Source of the DNA: the human T2T-CHM13v2.0 reference genome, Homo sapiens
Assembly (NCBI RefSeq): GCF_009914755.1
Contig: NC_060931.1
Direction: 5' to 3' (one strand)
Length of the DNA stretch: 64,000 bases
The translations under genes and the position numbers were made by a program. Below are positions 1 to 17,951 of the stretch, in pieces; the stretch's first letter is position 1, and every line of letters begins with the position of its first letter. The notes below the pieces were generated by a model that saw nothing but the letters and a program-made list of their open reading frames with translations, was not told the DNA's origin and did not search any database.

Positions 1-700
1 TTTGCCTTTTATATGCTTTGTAAATTTTTGCTGAAAACTAGACATATTGTGTTGGGTAATAGGAGGCAAATAGGCCTTCAGTGTGAGGATTTATGCTAAT
101 CTGGCTAAAAGTTGGATTGTGTTTAAAATTTTCTGTAGCTATAGGTGCAAAAGGACTCACCTTCCTCTAATGTCTTTGTTTTTTCCCCATTTGACTTGGG
201 GCTTCCCTAAGTTCTACTCTTCAAAGAGCATCTATGTCTTGCAGCTCTTTCAGCTATGATCTACTATTATACTGAAGCCCTGTTAATGTGGTGGTGAAGT
301 ATGGAGGAGGGGAAGCATTGTAACATCTTACAATATACTCCCATTGTTTAGGCATGTGTCTCTGAGTTGTGAACTTCAGAAAAATATAGCTCTACCCTCT
401 GCTCTCACTTCCCCCTTTTGGTGAGACAGAAAGGTTAGAGGAGACTGGAATGGGAGAAATGCCCTTTCCTCGGCTGAGATAGAGCTGCGGTAATGTCTTT
501 GCCCCTGGACAGTAGTTCTTTGCTAAGAAGCTGGTCATATTGCACAATGATTACTCCTCTTTTCTAGTCAGAACCATGAAGGATCTTCCTCAGATTTTCA
601 ATGTGAGAACCTGCTATGGTTGCTATAAATAAAATCCATGATCCCCTTAACACTGCTACATAAGACTGTGGTTTCCTTCATGTTAGCAGACACTTCCTTT
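1..700 (-). mobile_element. Ancient L1M-type LINE 5' region fragment
   Basis: Resembles recalled antisense old-L1 5' sequence (ttttgctgaaaactagacat...tttatgctaatctggct); boundaries approximate. Confidence 0.4.
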
Positions 701-749
701 TGTTTTCTTTGGTAAAACAAGCTAGCATGTTCAAGGTTCCAATCTGTCA

Positions 750-1033
750 AGATACTGAGAATGACCTCTAGCCATCAGCCCTCAAGGAACTGAATCCTGC
801 CAGCAACTGTATGGATGAGCTTGCAAGTGGATCCTTCCCCAGTTGAACCTTCAGTTAAGACCACAGACTCTGGGCTAACACCTTGATTATAGATTTTTGA
901 AAGAGCATGAAGCAGAGAATCTGGCTAAGCAATGGCCAATTCCTGAACCACAAAAACTGTGAAATAATACTTACATGTTGTTTTGAGCTGCTATTGGGAG
1001 TAATTTGGTATGTAGCAATAGATAACTAATATA
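750..1033 (+). mobile_element. MLT1D/E-like MaLR LTR, 3' part
   Basis: aaggaactgaatcctgcc...ccagttgaaccttcag...gtaatttggtatgtagcaatagataactaata MaLR terminus. Confidence 0.75.
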
Positions 1034-1384
1034 ATATATACCAGAAATAACAAGTTGAAGAAAAAAATTCCATTCACATGTTTAATGAAATTATAAATTT
1101 ATCCACTCAACAAGATTTTGTTATTGTGTTGCTCCTACAATATGGCACTGAGCCATTTAAAATATAATGGTAAGCTAAAAACAAACACAGTATAAAATTC
1201 TAGAAGAATTAGAAATTCTATTTACAACTGGAAATGATGGGATCCATATGCATGAAGTTATCGCATTGAAAAAAAGCCTTACTAAAATATATAAAATATG
1301 ATTTAAAATAATGTGTTGAAAAGGATGCAATATCCTTGGATAAGCCAGAAATAAGCCTCCTGGGGCAAAAACTTTGGATTCATT

Positions 1385-1458
1385 GCTGCAACCTCAGCAC
1401 TCAGACCAGGGCCTGTTTCATGATATGTGCTCAATAAATACTTGTTGAATAAATGAAA
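1385..1458 (+). mobile_element. L2 3' tail fragment
   Basis: gtgctcaataaatacttgttgaataaatgaa. Confidence 0.65.
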
Positions 1459-1541
1459 TGTTAAGACAGCTCTCCTAAATGAATTCATGGGCTTAATGTA
1501 ATCTTGATACATTAAGGTTTTATTAAAATAATTTTATAATA

Positions 1542-1622
1542 TTAGGCTGGTGCAAAAGTATTTATGGTTTTTGCCATATAAAAGTAATAGCAAAACCTGC
1601 AATTACTTTTGCATCAACCTAA
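1542..1622. mobile_element. MADE1 (Hsmar1-derived MITE)
   Basis: ttaggctggtgcaaaagta...tacttttgcatcaacctaa inverted repeats, ~80 bp, flanked by TA at 1540-1541 and 1623-1624. Confidence 0.9.
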
Positions 1623-1699
1623 TAAATTATAATATATAAATAGGTTATAAATATAATAAGAATTATAAAAATAAGTTATAAAAATAATTCAAAAATCAT

Positions 1700-4600
1700 C
1701 ACAAACGATAAATTTACAACTTATATAAAAAATTGAAAAAGAATTCTTAACATTGTGAAACTGATAATACAAACAGTAGCACTAGCACAGAGAATCAATT
1801 GGCAGATCAACTGAATGAAACTCAAAACTCTGAAAACAACCTAATATTTATTTTTTAAAACTTTATGACAAAGAAAACATCACCAATTAATAAAATTAGG
1901 CTGCATTTGAGTGTTGAGAAAATTGGATATTTAGGGAAAAGAAATCAAGACAATGTCGGGTTCACACAATACACAAAAATAAATTTCATATGATTTAAAT
2001 GATTAAGTATTTTAAAATCAAACAAATTAAAATAGATAAATATTCAACTCATCTCAGTATATAAAATGGCATTCTGTTAATAAAATTAATAGGGGAAAAT
2101 AATTAATATTATGCCTATAAAAATGAAACATTCTTGAACCTCAAATATGATCAAAAAGCAAACTTCAAATTTACACAAATATTTATAACCAAGGTGACAG
2201 ATAATGATAGATAAACTTCACCTATAAAGATACCTTTGTAAATCAATAAGAAAACACTGTTACTTTTTAAAAATAATTTCAACTTCTATTTCAGATTCAG
2301 GGGGAACATTTGCACGTTTGTTACATGGACATATTGTGTGATGCTGAGGTTTGAGGTACGGATGATCCTGAAGCACAGGTAGTGAACATAGTAGGTTTTC
2401 AACCCCCCAGTAGTTTCCAGTGTCTATTATTGCCATCTTTATTCCATGAGTACCCAATGTTTAGCTCCCACTTATAAGTGAGAAAACACGGTATTTGGTT
2501 TTCTGTTCCTGTGTTAATTTACTTAGGATAATGGCCTCCAGGTGCATCCTGGTTGCTGCAAAGGACATGATTTCATTCTTTCTTATAGCTGTGTAGTATT
2601 CCACAGCATATATGGACCACATTTTCTTTAATCCACCATTGATGGGCCCCTAGATTGATTCCATATATCTGCTATTATCTGTGAATAGTGCTGTGATGAA
2701 TATGTGAGTGCCTGGGTCTTTTTGGTGGAATGATTTATTTTCCTTTGGGTACATATTCAGTAATGAGATTGCTGGGTTGAACGGTAGTTCTGCTTTACGT
2801 ACTTTGAGAAAGAAATCTCTAAACTGCTTTCCACAGTGGCTGAACTAATTTATATTTCCACCAATAGTATATAAGCATTTCATTTTCTCTTCAGCCTCGC
2901 CAGCATCTGCTGTTCTTGGACTTTTTAGTAATTGTCATTCTGACTGGTGTGCAGTGATGTCTCTTAGTGGTTTTTATTTACTTCCTCTGATGGTTAGTGA
3001 TGCTGAACGTTTTTTATATATTTGTTTGCTGCTTGTATGTCTCCTTTTGAGAAGTGTCTGATCATGTCTTTTCCCACTTTTTAATGGGTTTTTTTTTTGT
3101 TTTTTTTTTTTTTTTTGCTGAATTGTTTAAGTTCCTTATAGATTCCGAATATTAGACCTTTGTTGGATGTATTATTTGCAAATATTTTCTTGCATTCTGT
3201 AGGTTGTCTGTTTACTATGTTGACAGTTTCTCTTGTTGTGCAGAAGCTCTTTAGTTTAATTAGGTCCCACTTATCAATTTTGTTTTGTGGCAATTGCTTT
3301 TGAGGTCTTAGACATTTCTCTCCCAAGGCCCATGTCCGGAATGATGTTTTCTAGGTTTTCATCTGGAATTCTTATCGTTTGAAGTTTTATATTTAAACCT
3401 GCAATCTATCTTGAGCTAATTTTTTTATATGGTAAAAGGTAGGTGCTGTTTCATTCTTAAGCCAGCTGTCCCAGCACCATTTATTGAGTAGTGAGTCCTT
3501 TCCCCATTGCTTATTTTTGCCAATTTTGTTGAAAATCAAATGGCTGTAGGTGTATGGCTTTATTTCCGGGTTCTGTATTCTGTTTCATTGGCCTATGTGT
3601 CTTTTTTTTTTTTTTTTTTTTTCCAATAGCATGCTCTTTGGGTTGCTGTGGCCTTATAGTGTAGCTTGAAGTTGAGTAACGTGATACCTCTGGCTTTTTT
3701 ATTTTTGCTTAGGATTGCTTTAGCCATTTGGGCTCTTTTTTTGGGGGAGGGGGTTCCATATGAATTTTAGAATTTTTTTTCTAATTATGTGAAAAATTAC
3801 ATTGGTAGTTTGATAAAAATAGCATTGAACCTATGGATTGATTTTGGCAGTATGGCCATTTTAACAATACTGATTCTTCCAGTCTATGAGCATGGAATAT
3901 TTTTCCATTTATTTGTGTCATCTATGATTCCATTTAGCAGTGTTTTGTAGTTCTCCTTGTAGAGATATATCACCTTATTGGTTACATATATTCTTAGGTA
4001 TTTTGTTTGTGTGGCTGTTGTAAATGGTATTGTATTCTTGATTTGAGTCTTGGCTTGAATATTACTGGTGTATAGAAATGCTGCTGGCTTTTGTACATTG
4101 ATTTTATATCCTGAAACTTTACTGAAGTCTTTTATCAGCTCTTGCAAGTTTTGGCAGAGTCTTTAGGGTGAAAACCCTATTATCTTGATTTTAAAATAGG
4201 AAAAAGGACACGAACTGATGATTCATAATAGAAAACATGCAAATGGAAAATAAAAAATGATATAATTTAATCTCAGTACTAATAAAAAGCTTTGTTAAAT
4301 AAGTAGATAGCATTATTTTTATCTTTGAAATTGGCAAAATTAAAGAAAACACACATGGTAATATTTAATGATAACGAGGGTGTAGGAACTGGACATTCAT
4401 ATATGGTTTGTGAGAGTTTAAATTGCCACAAATTTTGGGGGAAATATGAATAATATATATATCAGGATCTTCATAAACTCAAATATCCTTTATTTAAGTT
4501 AGGTCAATTCATATGGACAAAGATCTGTATACCACTGTTATGAGAGCAAAACAAACAAATAAAACAATGGCAAAATTACCCTACAATGTAAATTTTCAAG

Positions 4601-4720
4601 AATATGGAAAGGATTGCATTTTTAATTTTTATGTTGGGATGTTATATAGCTTTTGAAAATTATGTTTTCAATGATGACATAAAAATGCTTACAATACAAT
4701 GTTAAGATGAGGTGGAGAGG
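1700..4720 (+). mobile_element. Highly diverged L1M ORF2/3' remnant, interrupted by a younger L1
   Basis: A-rich degenerate L1 ORF2-like sequence on both sides of the 2263-4169 insert. Confidence 0.5.
2263..4169 (-). mobile_element. 5'-truncated L1 (L1PA13-16-like)
   Basis: ORF2 peptides [14 protein letters not shown] and [13 protein letters not shown]; older-type 3'UTR; diverged TSD gaaaacactgtta (2250-2262) / gaaaaccctatta (4170-4182). Confidence 0.88.
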
Positions 4721-4760
4721 TGGGAGTGGAGGATGGGAAATGGATTTTTTTGTGTGTGTA

Positions 4761-5076
4761 CAGTTACCTCTCCACATTTGTGGGTTCCACATGTGTGTAT
4801 TCAAGCAGTCAGATCAAAAATATTTGCAAAAACAAATTGTGGACATGTACAGACTTTTTGTGTCATATTCCCTAAACAATAAAGTATAACAACTATTTAC
4901 ATTTACATTTTATTGGGAGTATAAGTAATCTAAAGGTGATTTAACATATACCGGAGGATATGTATAGGTTATATGCAAATACTACACTGTTTGATATAAG
5001 GCACTTATATATTCTGAATTTTGGTATTTGCAGGGGTTCCTAGAACCAATCCCCCATGTATACTGAGAGACAACTA
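4761..5076. mobile_element. MER2 (TcMar-Tigger)
   Basis: cagttacctctcc...gggttccac...ccctaaacaat...gaaccaatccccc...gagagacaacta, TA-flanked. Confidence 0.85.
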
Positions 5077-5543
5077 TACATTCACAAGCACATGCTAACA
5101 GATAAAGAAATATATATATATGAAACTGTTTACTGTTTAGTCCAATGTTTCAAATGTCTATAAAATAAATATATATTTTTTAACAATAAATCTTTAAGTG
5201 CAAGTTACATTGTTTCTTGTTTTCTGTCAATGTGAATTTGAAAATTTTCTTAATTTTCTATTATCACTTTTTTCTAAATATAGTAGTTTATGTATCATAG
5301 CATTAACCTAAGGAAATAACTTACTCCTAGCTCCCATATTCTGGATTCATCAGGTTTCTGTTCGGTTTTTTAGAATTTCTTAGTAACCTTGTTGCATTGA
5401 CTACCAAATACATGCAGACTTGTGATTGGAAACAGAATATAATCAATGAATCAGAAAATCCACATGCTTGGTGGTAGCAGTAACATTTCATTGCTTTGGA
5501 TTTGCATTTGTGATCATAACCCTTCATTTAGCTAAGAAGCTAC

Positions 5544-5670
5544 CAGGGCCAGCTGGCACAACCTGTGCATTCACACTGGGCCCCATGCTTGGCTTAGTGC
5601 TCTATGATCACCATCTTGAAATTCTTAATTTCTAAGCAGGAGTGTCCCACAAATTATATAGCCAGTCCTG
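5544..5670. mobile_element. MER45A-like hAT-Tip100 element
   Basis: cagggccagct...cttgaaattcttaat...cccacaaattatatagccagtcctg. Confidence 0.7.
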
Positions 5671-6222
5671 AGTTTTACAAATTAGTTTAAATTCTGGAAG
5701 GGGCCAATGGAGAACCAATCCCTAGCTAAGGTGGATTCATGAGCCCATCAGCGTTAAAACATCACAGAGAAATGAAAATCTCTTAATGTTCTTAAAGGCC
5801 TCTAGGAAAACACAATTCCACAACCACTTTTGCTAGCCTGTCCTTTATTTCATAATTTCTAGTATTATAAATTTTGCATATGTTTAACACAAACATCTCA
5901 GTTCCAAATAAACTTAATTTTTTAAAGTTTTCATCTCTAATAACAGAGAATTATGACACATCAGTTGTAGCACTGAGCACCTACTATGTTTCTACCTCTG
6001 TAAAATTTGTTAATATCTACCCTGCTTTTTTAAATAGGATTTTTATAAGGATCAGATGAACATAATATAATTATAAAGCGCTATAGAGAAATAAGCTATT
6101 GCTTAAATAACATATCTTTGTTTTCTCATTATAGATGTTTAATAAATTCCTTAAAAATAGTATTGATTATTCTCTTACTTATAAACTATCTTTAATGTTT
6201 AATGTTACTGAATATTAGCATA

Positions 6223-6653
6223 CAATTGACACTTAAACAACATGGGGGTTAGGAGTACTGACCTACCTTGCAGTTGAAAATCCACACATAACTTTTGACC
6301 CTTCCAAAACTTAACTACTAATAGCCTATTATTGATCAGAAGCCTTATCAATAACATAAACACTTGATTAACACATATTTTATATATGTATAATATACTA
6401 TATTCCTACAATAAACTAAGCTAGAGAACAAATGATATTAAGAAAATCACAAAGACGAGAAAATATATTTACTATTTATTAAGTGGGAGTGAATCATCAC
6501 AGAGGTCTTCATTCTCATTGTTTTCACATTGAGTAGGCTGAAGAGGAAGAGGAGACCTTGGTCTTGCTGTCTCAGGGGCAGCATAAGCAGAAGAAAATTC
6601 AAGTTTAAGTAAACCCATGCATTTCAAAACCCATGTTATTCAAGGGTCAGCTG
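6223..6653. mobile_element. Tigger2a-like element
   Basis: Termini caattgacacttaaacaacatggg / cccatgttattcaagggtcagctg form imperfect TIRs. Confidence 0.8.
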
Positions 6654-9600
6654 TCTTTTAAAGGCTTATTTATGATCCCTTACTCGTAACCACTTCTTCA
6701 TAACTTACCATTGGCTCATTCTCTTGTAAAGCCTTCCCTGACCCCATGGAAACCTCTGGATTTGAGGAGAATCAGGAAGTGGATGCACCCCTTTTTAGGT
6801 TCTTCCACTCATGGTATTTGGGGCTTTTGTTATGATCCCAAAGAAAATCTGACTCCCAGGTCCTGGGGTTGTGGAGTTGTATGGGTGCTATTCTTTCTTT
6901 GAACTGATATTTCAAAAATTTTGTCCCATGTATTCTAACTTTCTTACTAATTTTATTTAAAGAGGAGTAATGGTTCATAGTTTTTAAGGGGGACACAGAA
7001 AGATTAAATGAAGGAAATCACAAGCTGCTCAGAACGCCAAAGGAATTGAGAGAAGCAGTTCCTAAAGCTGAAGTAGTAAAACTCAACAACTTGCTAAAAC
7101 ATTCCATATGAGGGGAAAAAAAAAATTTAAGACCAAGGAATTAGTGTGCTGCCAGCATAGAGATTATTTGTTAGCACTTGGCTAGCACTAAGTTTTATGT
7201 ATTGCTAACAAGATGCTGATAACATGGTTTCTGAAAGATTTTCAATGCTTGGCAAATACGTTTATTCCTTAGTGTTTTATACTCAACATTTTCAGAAAAA
7301 TCTAGGTTTCTTAAACATATATCCCAGTTATTTTAGCGTTATGCATAGAGCCCTGAATTTTCACTATTTAATACACATTCCAAAGACTATCCATATTTGG
7401 CCCATACAGATAAATGCAAACAATAGGATGGATGTTTCCATCCTGTGCTGTAAATCCTCCAGCTTAACATTTTGAGTCTGGACAATAGATATAGCTGAAA
7501 AAAGATTTGGATCCAAATTGTCTAGCTTACATTCCCATAGTTGATATAGCAATGCTATCAGCTGAGGAGTTTGAAGAGCCTAAAAGATTCTCTTCCTCCT
7601 TCCTTCAGAAATGGTGCTGAAGAATGAGACCTAAGAACCTAATTTGCTTGCATATTTGTACCCCATCCTTTGAATCAGCCTGTAAGCTAAGCAGCTGCTC
7701 TGCAGGCTTCTCTGTTTCTCTGAGAAGAATCTTGCTCTGATTTCTTGGAGAGGGGGTTGCTTCTTAGCCAAACCTGCCAATCATGTTGAATCTTGAAGCG
7801 ATCAATGAGGCAAATTCAGATAAAGAGAACCCAACAACTGCCAAGACTGATCGGACACCTACTGCTAAATGTTGGAGATTCAAAGATGAATAAGATGATT
7901 CCTGTCTTTAAGGAACTCACCATCGGAGGGGAAGAAAATATGTAAAGAATTACAGTAAAATTTAAAAATGCTACACACAGTTCCTCATCTTGAACTGAAT
8001 ACACACTCCTCATACTCTCAAACCAATTGTCACATACCTTCTTTTGCTTACACAAGCATCTCTAGAACTTGTGAAGTAATACAATCTTTGAAAAATATTT
8101 ATATAATCCTCCACATCTTTCACATGAAGAAAATGATGATCATTTTCAGTACCTACCTCTTATGTGTTGACAAAAACCAGCAGAGTTCTCACAAGTATTT
8201 CTGGATTTATGTTTAGGTTTGACTAATTAATTGAGCAGGAGAAAGAAGGATTAGTCACTATATAGTTATACAATTCATCAGCAATTTCAGGGCTCCATTA
8301 GCCAACACTGGAACATTCCACCGGCACGATCTTCATGAGGATATTGAACAGGTTTTATTCTGTGATTTGTTTTGGAATGAAATTCTACTCACCCTTCTTT
8401 GTGAATGAATGCTGTTCAACACAATTTAAATATTTAAAAACAGCATTGAGGGTGTGAGCTGTTGTTTAAGGATAAACTGTCATGCTTCAGCCTAAAGCAC
8501 ATTTTCTCAGTGGTCATTATTCTATACCTAGTTGATTAGAAGCCAAGGAGTTTGTCATCACTGGTAGCCACCTACCCATCATGATGGAAAAAGCATCATC
8601 CTTTCGGTTGTAGCTGGCATGAGGACATATATGTATCACATGGGGAACCTGCAAATTCTCTAATGCAGATTGCAGCTGAGAATGCAGAAATGTGAGCTTA
8701 GACTACAAGAACAGTGGAAGTCTTTTCTGAACACCTGTTTGTTATTGAGACAGCAATTACTGTATAGTTGAGAGGGAAACCAGGGAAGACACCCCAAACG
8801 ACTGCAGCTTGAATTTTTAAGCTGAGCCTATATAAGCATATGCATTTTAGAATTGATGCTTCTTATATCTCCAGTGTTGATGTTTCCTTCATTGATGGTC
8901 TAGAGGACATTTAGGAATCTCTGTCAGCAAAACAGATCCTTTAAAATTTCTTAGGCTAAAGATAGTCTCTTAAGTATGAATAGGGGGTTGTAAGCTTTGA
9001 TTATGCTTTGCTTTATCTGCGAAAAATCCTGGGAATGAATAGAGTATTGTGGTCAGTTTAGTCCCATGCCATTCATGGTCCAAAGGCAAAAATGTAGTGT
9101 TGTCACATTTGAAAAGTGGCATATGTTTTCCTGGTAATTACATCTTATATGTTTACTATTCAAAAAATGCAGGTGTGGGTTTTTGAACAGTGTCCAATGA
9201 CAATGTGCCTGACTGGCAGCAGTTCCTAAGTGAGTCATGTTTCACTGTCTGTCGTTTTTTATAACTGTTTTCACCACTAATTTGGTTCTCTGATGCAGTG
9301 TGCAATTAGTTCTATTATGAAAGCAGCTGTCTTCAGTTTTACAATGGCACTTTCCCCTTTGGCTTGCACAGAGCTTGTTGTGGTTCTGCTGATGTGATGA
9401 TAGGAGTTGTAAAGTGGTACCTAGATGAGCCGCACTGGGCCCGGATCTTCCCTGTACACAGGATTCTTGCTTACTCACTGCTACTCTACTGCTGTTTCTC
9501 CCAGCTCAGTTAAAAAGAGGGTCACAAATTAAGTTGCCCCTTGTAAGACGTGTACTGTAAAGATTGGTGACCAGGCCATTTGTACCACTGGAATCCTGTT

Positions 9601-10018
9601 GTTTATAAAAATTATATTTGAAAATGATGTATTAGGTCAAAGTTGAGATGGGGAGGTACACTGGGCAAAAAATAAAAAAAGGATTGTTGTGTTTGGTTCA
9701 CTTTCAAACATGAGGTATGATATTTAAGATTCCAAATGAAGCCTGAATGCAGCAAATGCCAGTATATGAACAATAAAAAAATTGAACATAATGTTTGTAG
9801 TTAGTTATAATATGCTTTGGATTTTCCTGCTCTCTGAAAGAACATCCTATTTTCACAGGAGTTTCCATGATTTTCGATTCTTAATCCCAAGTCTCTTCTG
9901 ACATCCAGAATTCTCCAGGAGACCTAGAGCAATGACCATTCTGAGCCCATCTTTCCTAAGAGGAGCCAATAGTTTGAGCTTTCCCTTACAAGCATAATTC
10001 CCTATTAATATCTTTAGA

Positions 10019-10185
10019 ACATTGCTACTCAAAGTATGGTCCCCAGACTTGGAGTAACACATCATCTGCAAGCCTGTTAGAAAACAGAATCTATGGCCCC
10101 ACCCCAGGCCTACTGAATCAGAATCTGTATTTTAACAAAATCCCCAGGAAATCTATATGTATACTAAATTCTGAGAAACCCTACT
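10019..10185. mobile_element. MER5A (hAT-Charlie)
   Basis: ctactcaaagtatggtcccc...ccccaggcctactgaatcagaatctg..ttttaacaa.atcccc. Confidence 0.85.
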
Positions 10186-10359
10186 TTAGAACTGTATTAT
10201 TTGCTCCCAAAGCCACAGCTATGTCTGAGAACCTGACTGCTACTTATTAGTGATTGTTAATGAAAATCACTGAATTTTACTGAATTTAGAGAACTTGTGA
10301 TCAACCGAACTATCTGGTTCTTTTAGTTTTTTTAATTGTCCTCTTCTCCCTTTTTAAAA

Positions 10360-10490
10360 TATAAACTCTTTGAGCACAGGTACTTTCCCCGTTTTGCCCA
10401 TTAAAGTATCTGTAGCGAGTAGAAGAGTGCCTACCGCATATTTAGCAATCAACAAATATTTGTTGAGCTGAACAAGTGAACAAATGACTC
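10360..10490 (+). mobile_element. L2 3' end fragment
   Basis: tcaacaaatatttgttgagctgaacaagtgaa. Confidence 0.55.
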
Positions 10491-10849
10491 ATTATAAATA
10501 AAATATGTGCTCAGCAACAGAAGCAGATCAAATTCCATAATCCCATGGGGTTTACTCAGAACCTTAGCACATCAGTGCCTGGGGCAAGAGGTGAGGCAGA
10601 AATTGAGACAGGGAGCGCATGAGTTCAGAGCTCGTACTGTATTGATAGTCACAGAGGACACCTGGGCTGTCTAGGGAAGAAGTGGCAGCTCTGAAATTTT
10701 TTCCCCTGATATTTGGCAAGTGGCAGGGTTATGAGTCTTGCTGGCAAGAGGTAATCCACTCCAGTTGAATCAAAATCTTCCTTGAGAATACTATCCCACA
10801 TATGCTGTTGGAAAAGCAGTAAAAGGGGTCCAGGAACATGAGGGTTGGT

Positions 10850-10958
10850 AGAGTGACCAAATCTTTCTAGTTTGCCTGGGACTGTCCGAATTTTAGGACT
10901 GGTAGTCTCACATCTCAAGAAGCCCCTCAGTCCCCGGCAAACTGAGGTGGTTTCCCTA
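10850..10958. mobile_element. MER94-like hAT-Blackjack MITE
   Basis: agagtgacca...gtttgcctgggactgtcc...cagtccccggcaaactg...tttccct. Confidence 0.7.
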
Positions 10959-12887
10959 CTTGAGTGTTTGCCATAGCACCATGTCTGCTGAGAGCCCCTG
11001 CCAAAAAGGCGGAGGACTTGGGGCCTTTGACAGACATTTAGATTTTTAGGGCACTTTCGTGATCCAATCAAGAATGTCCAATAACAGAAACTTACCTTGA
11101 GGCAGATCTCTTATGTTCATCCAGTGGCTTAAATCCCACTAATTTCATAAAAGCGTTCTTTAATTTTGTCTTTAGATTAATATGAGCAGGGACAGACTTT
11201 TTCCACACAAGAGGATGGCTCACTTAAAAGCACCATCTTACAAATCTTAGTTTTGTACTCTAAAGGTGCTAATATTTGAATTGTCTTGGAGGTACACTGC
11301 TCTAGGACCTGAGCCATACCTTGTCAGACATGCTTTTACACATTAGAGCCACATGGGTTATTGCCTTAAGTATTTCCAGATATAATTTGACTGCCATTTC
11401 CAAATGTTCTTATTTAGTTCTTTTTTTCCCTAAAAACAAATAAAAAGATGGACAGGGTGGGGTGGGATTGTGGCATTATAAAACCAGGTCCAGATTGTTA
11501 CATTGTAAAGTGCTTTAGTTTGATGAGAATGCTTTTACCTATGCACAATAGCATTTCGGCTATGTAACTAAATGGTATTACTTAATGGTTTAATTTATAA
11601 ATAGAGTTTCACACTTTTGCCATGAAGTTACTGTCATGGTGGTCAGTGGTCACTATTTAAAGAACATGGGATTGTTGGAAGCTGGACTTTCTTGAATTAA
11701 AAATTAGGTTTTTATTAATATAAATGTCTAGGGTTTAAATATTTTAATTTATTCATTAAAATAAGTTCAGCAAGATAGTATAGAAAGTTTGAGAAATAGT
11801 GAGGGAAAGTCGTTTAGTACAACTGTTCTATTACAACTGTTGTAATACAATTCTTTAAAATACTATTGTCTCATAGAGTTAATACAGAAAACACTGAATA
11901 TGATACATGGTTATAATTGAAAAAGGCTAAACAAAGCTATTCCCCAGACTCATGTTTAATTGTTTAACATACCTGAGTGACTTTAGAATAGCTAAGTACT
12001 ATATTACTGAGCACTTGATAATGGCAAATGCAATTACCAACTGAAGTGCATTAATATTTTCTGAACTGCATTTATTATTTTGATTGCAAAATCGTTTATG
12101 ATTCCATTCATAAAGCATGATTTTATTATTTGCACTCATCTGTTGGACACTCTTGTAGGCTGTGTTTTCTTGTATTTACAGCAATATTCTTAACTGTGAT
12201 ATTGCAATGTACTGGTATGTCAGAATCAATTATGAAGTGTGTTGAAAGAAGTTATAACTAGCGATAAGAAAATAGTCCAAAATTTACAAATTATTTGCTT
12301 TTAAAAATAAATTAGAGTAGCTCCAGATTATCCAAGTCTTTTTATTATGCTGTGCTTCCTTGAGTGAGAGGAAAAAGGAAAGGGTTTAAGTTAGTAAGGC
12401 AGGATCAGCTATGCCCTGCCTTCTCTGCTTTTGTACAGCAGTCTGAGGAGTGTGACACACGGGAAAGTAGAAAAATATTAAGAATGATTGGCCTATGCGA
12501 TCAAAAAGGAAGAATCAGGATGCAGGAAAATTAGGATATTGTCTACAAAATTCAGTTCATTCCTGTTTTGAAGTGTAATGGAAAGAAGAAACCCTTGCAC
12601 TAATATTCATTCAGAAACAGGTATTAAGCATTCAACAGATACTATGTGCATCAGTTCAGGTCCTCTGAGAAACACTCACCAAGAAGAGATAGACATGCAA
12701 GAGATTTATTTGAGGAAATGCTTATGAAGAATAAAAGGAAAGGAAGTAGGAATATACAGGAGAGCACTTAAGACAATGCAGGTCTGACACACATGAAAGG
12801 AGAGAGGGAAGAGGGTTAGATAGGAAAGACTTTGACAACAGTACAGTTTTGAGGAAGTTTTGGCCACGTTTACCAAAATTCATTGAG

Positions 12888-13661
<774 letters not shown>

Positions 13662-14064
13662 CAGAGTTGAGGTTGCCCCTCGCAGGAGTCTCACATCCCA
13701 CAGGAATGGTCCAGTGCCAGCACTCTGTCATGTTCGTCATTAGTGGGGAGTAGCCCAGGGGAAGCGTGGCCTCACCATGAAGGTGGTAGTACATTCAGAG
13801 GGGTGGGAGCTGGGGCTACCATTTAACTACACTTCCTACAGGAGTTTCTCTCTTTTTTTTATTATACTTTAAGTTTTAGGGTACATGTGCACATTGTGCA
13901 GGTTAGTTACATATGTATACATGTGCCATGCTGGTGCGCTGCACCCACTAACTCGTCATCTAGCATTAGGTATATCTCCCAGTGCTATCCCTCCCCCTCC
14001 CACCACCCCACAACAGTCCCCAGAGTGTGATGTTCCCCTTCCTGTGTCCATGTGATCTCATTGT

Positions 14065-17888
<3,824 letters not shown>

Positions 17889-17951
17889 TATGATGTTAGC
17901 TGGTTATTTTGCTCGTTAGTTGATGCAGTTTCTTCCTAGTCTCAATGGTCT

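Noticed and set aside
9231-9237. Single AP-1 heptamer (also ~10485, 47831)
   Set aside because: Isolated 7-mers are expected several times in 64 kb
10649-11071. 140-aa ORF
   Set aside because: Runs through the MER94-like element, has a non-ATG start and no recognisable domain
11096-11429. Possible 334-nt minus-strand exon (tttgtttttag / AAG|gtaagt)
   Set aside because: Isolated, long, no partner exons or ORF; such pairs arise by chance
11818-11847. tattacaac-t-gttgtaata palindrome with a local duplication
   Set aside because: Short and AT-rich; likely a slippage or template-switch product
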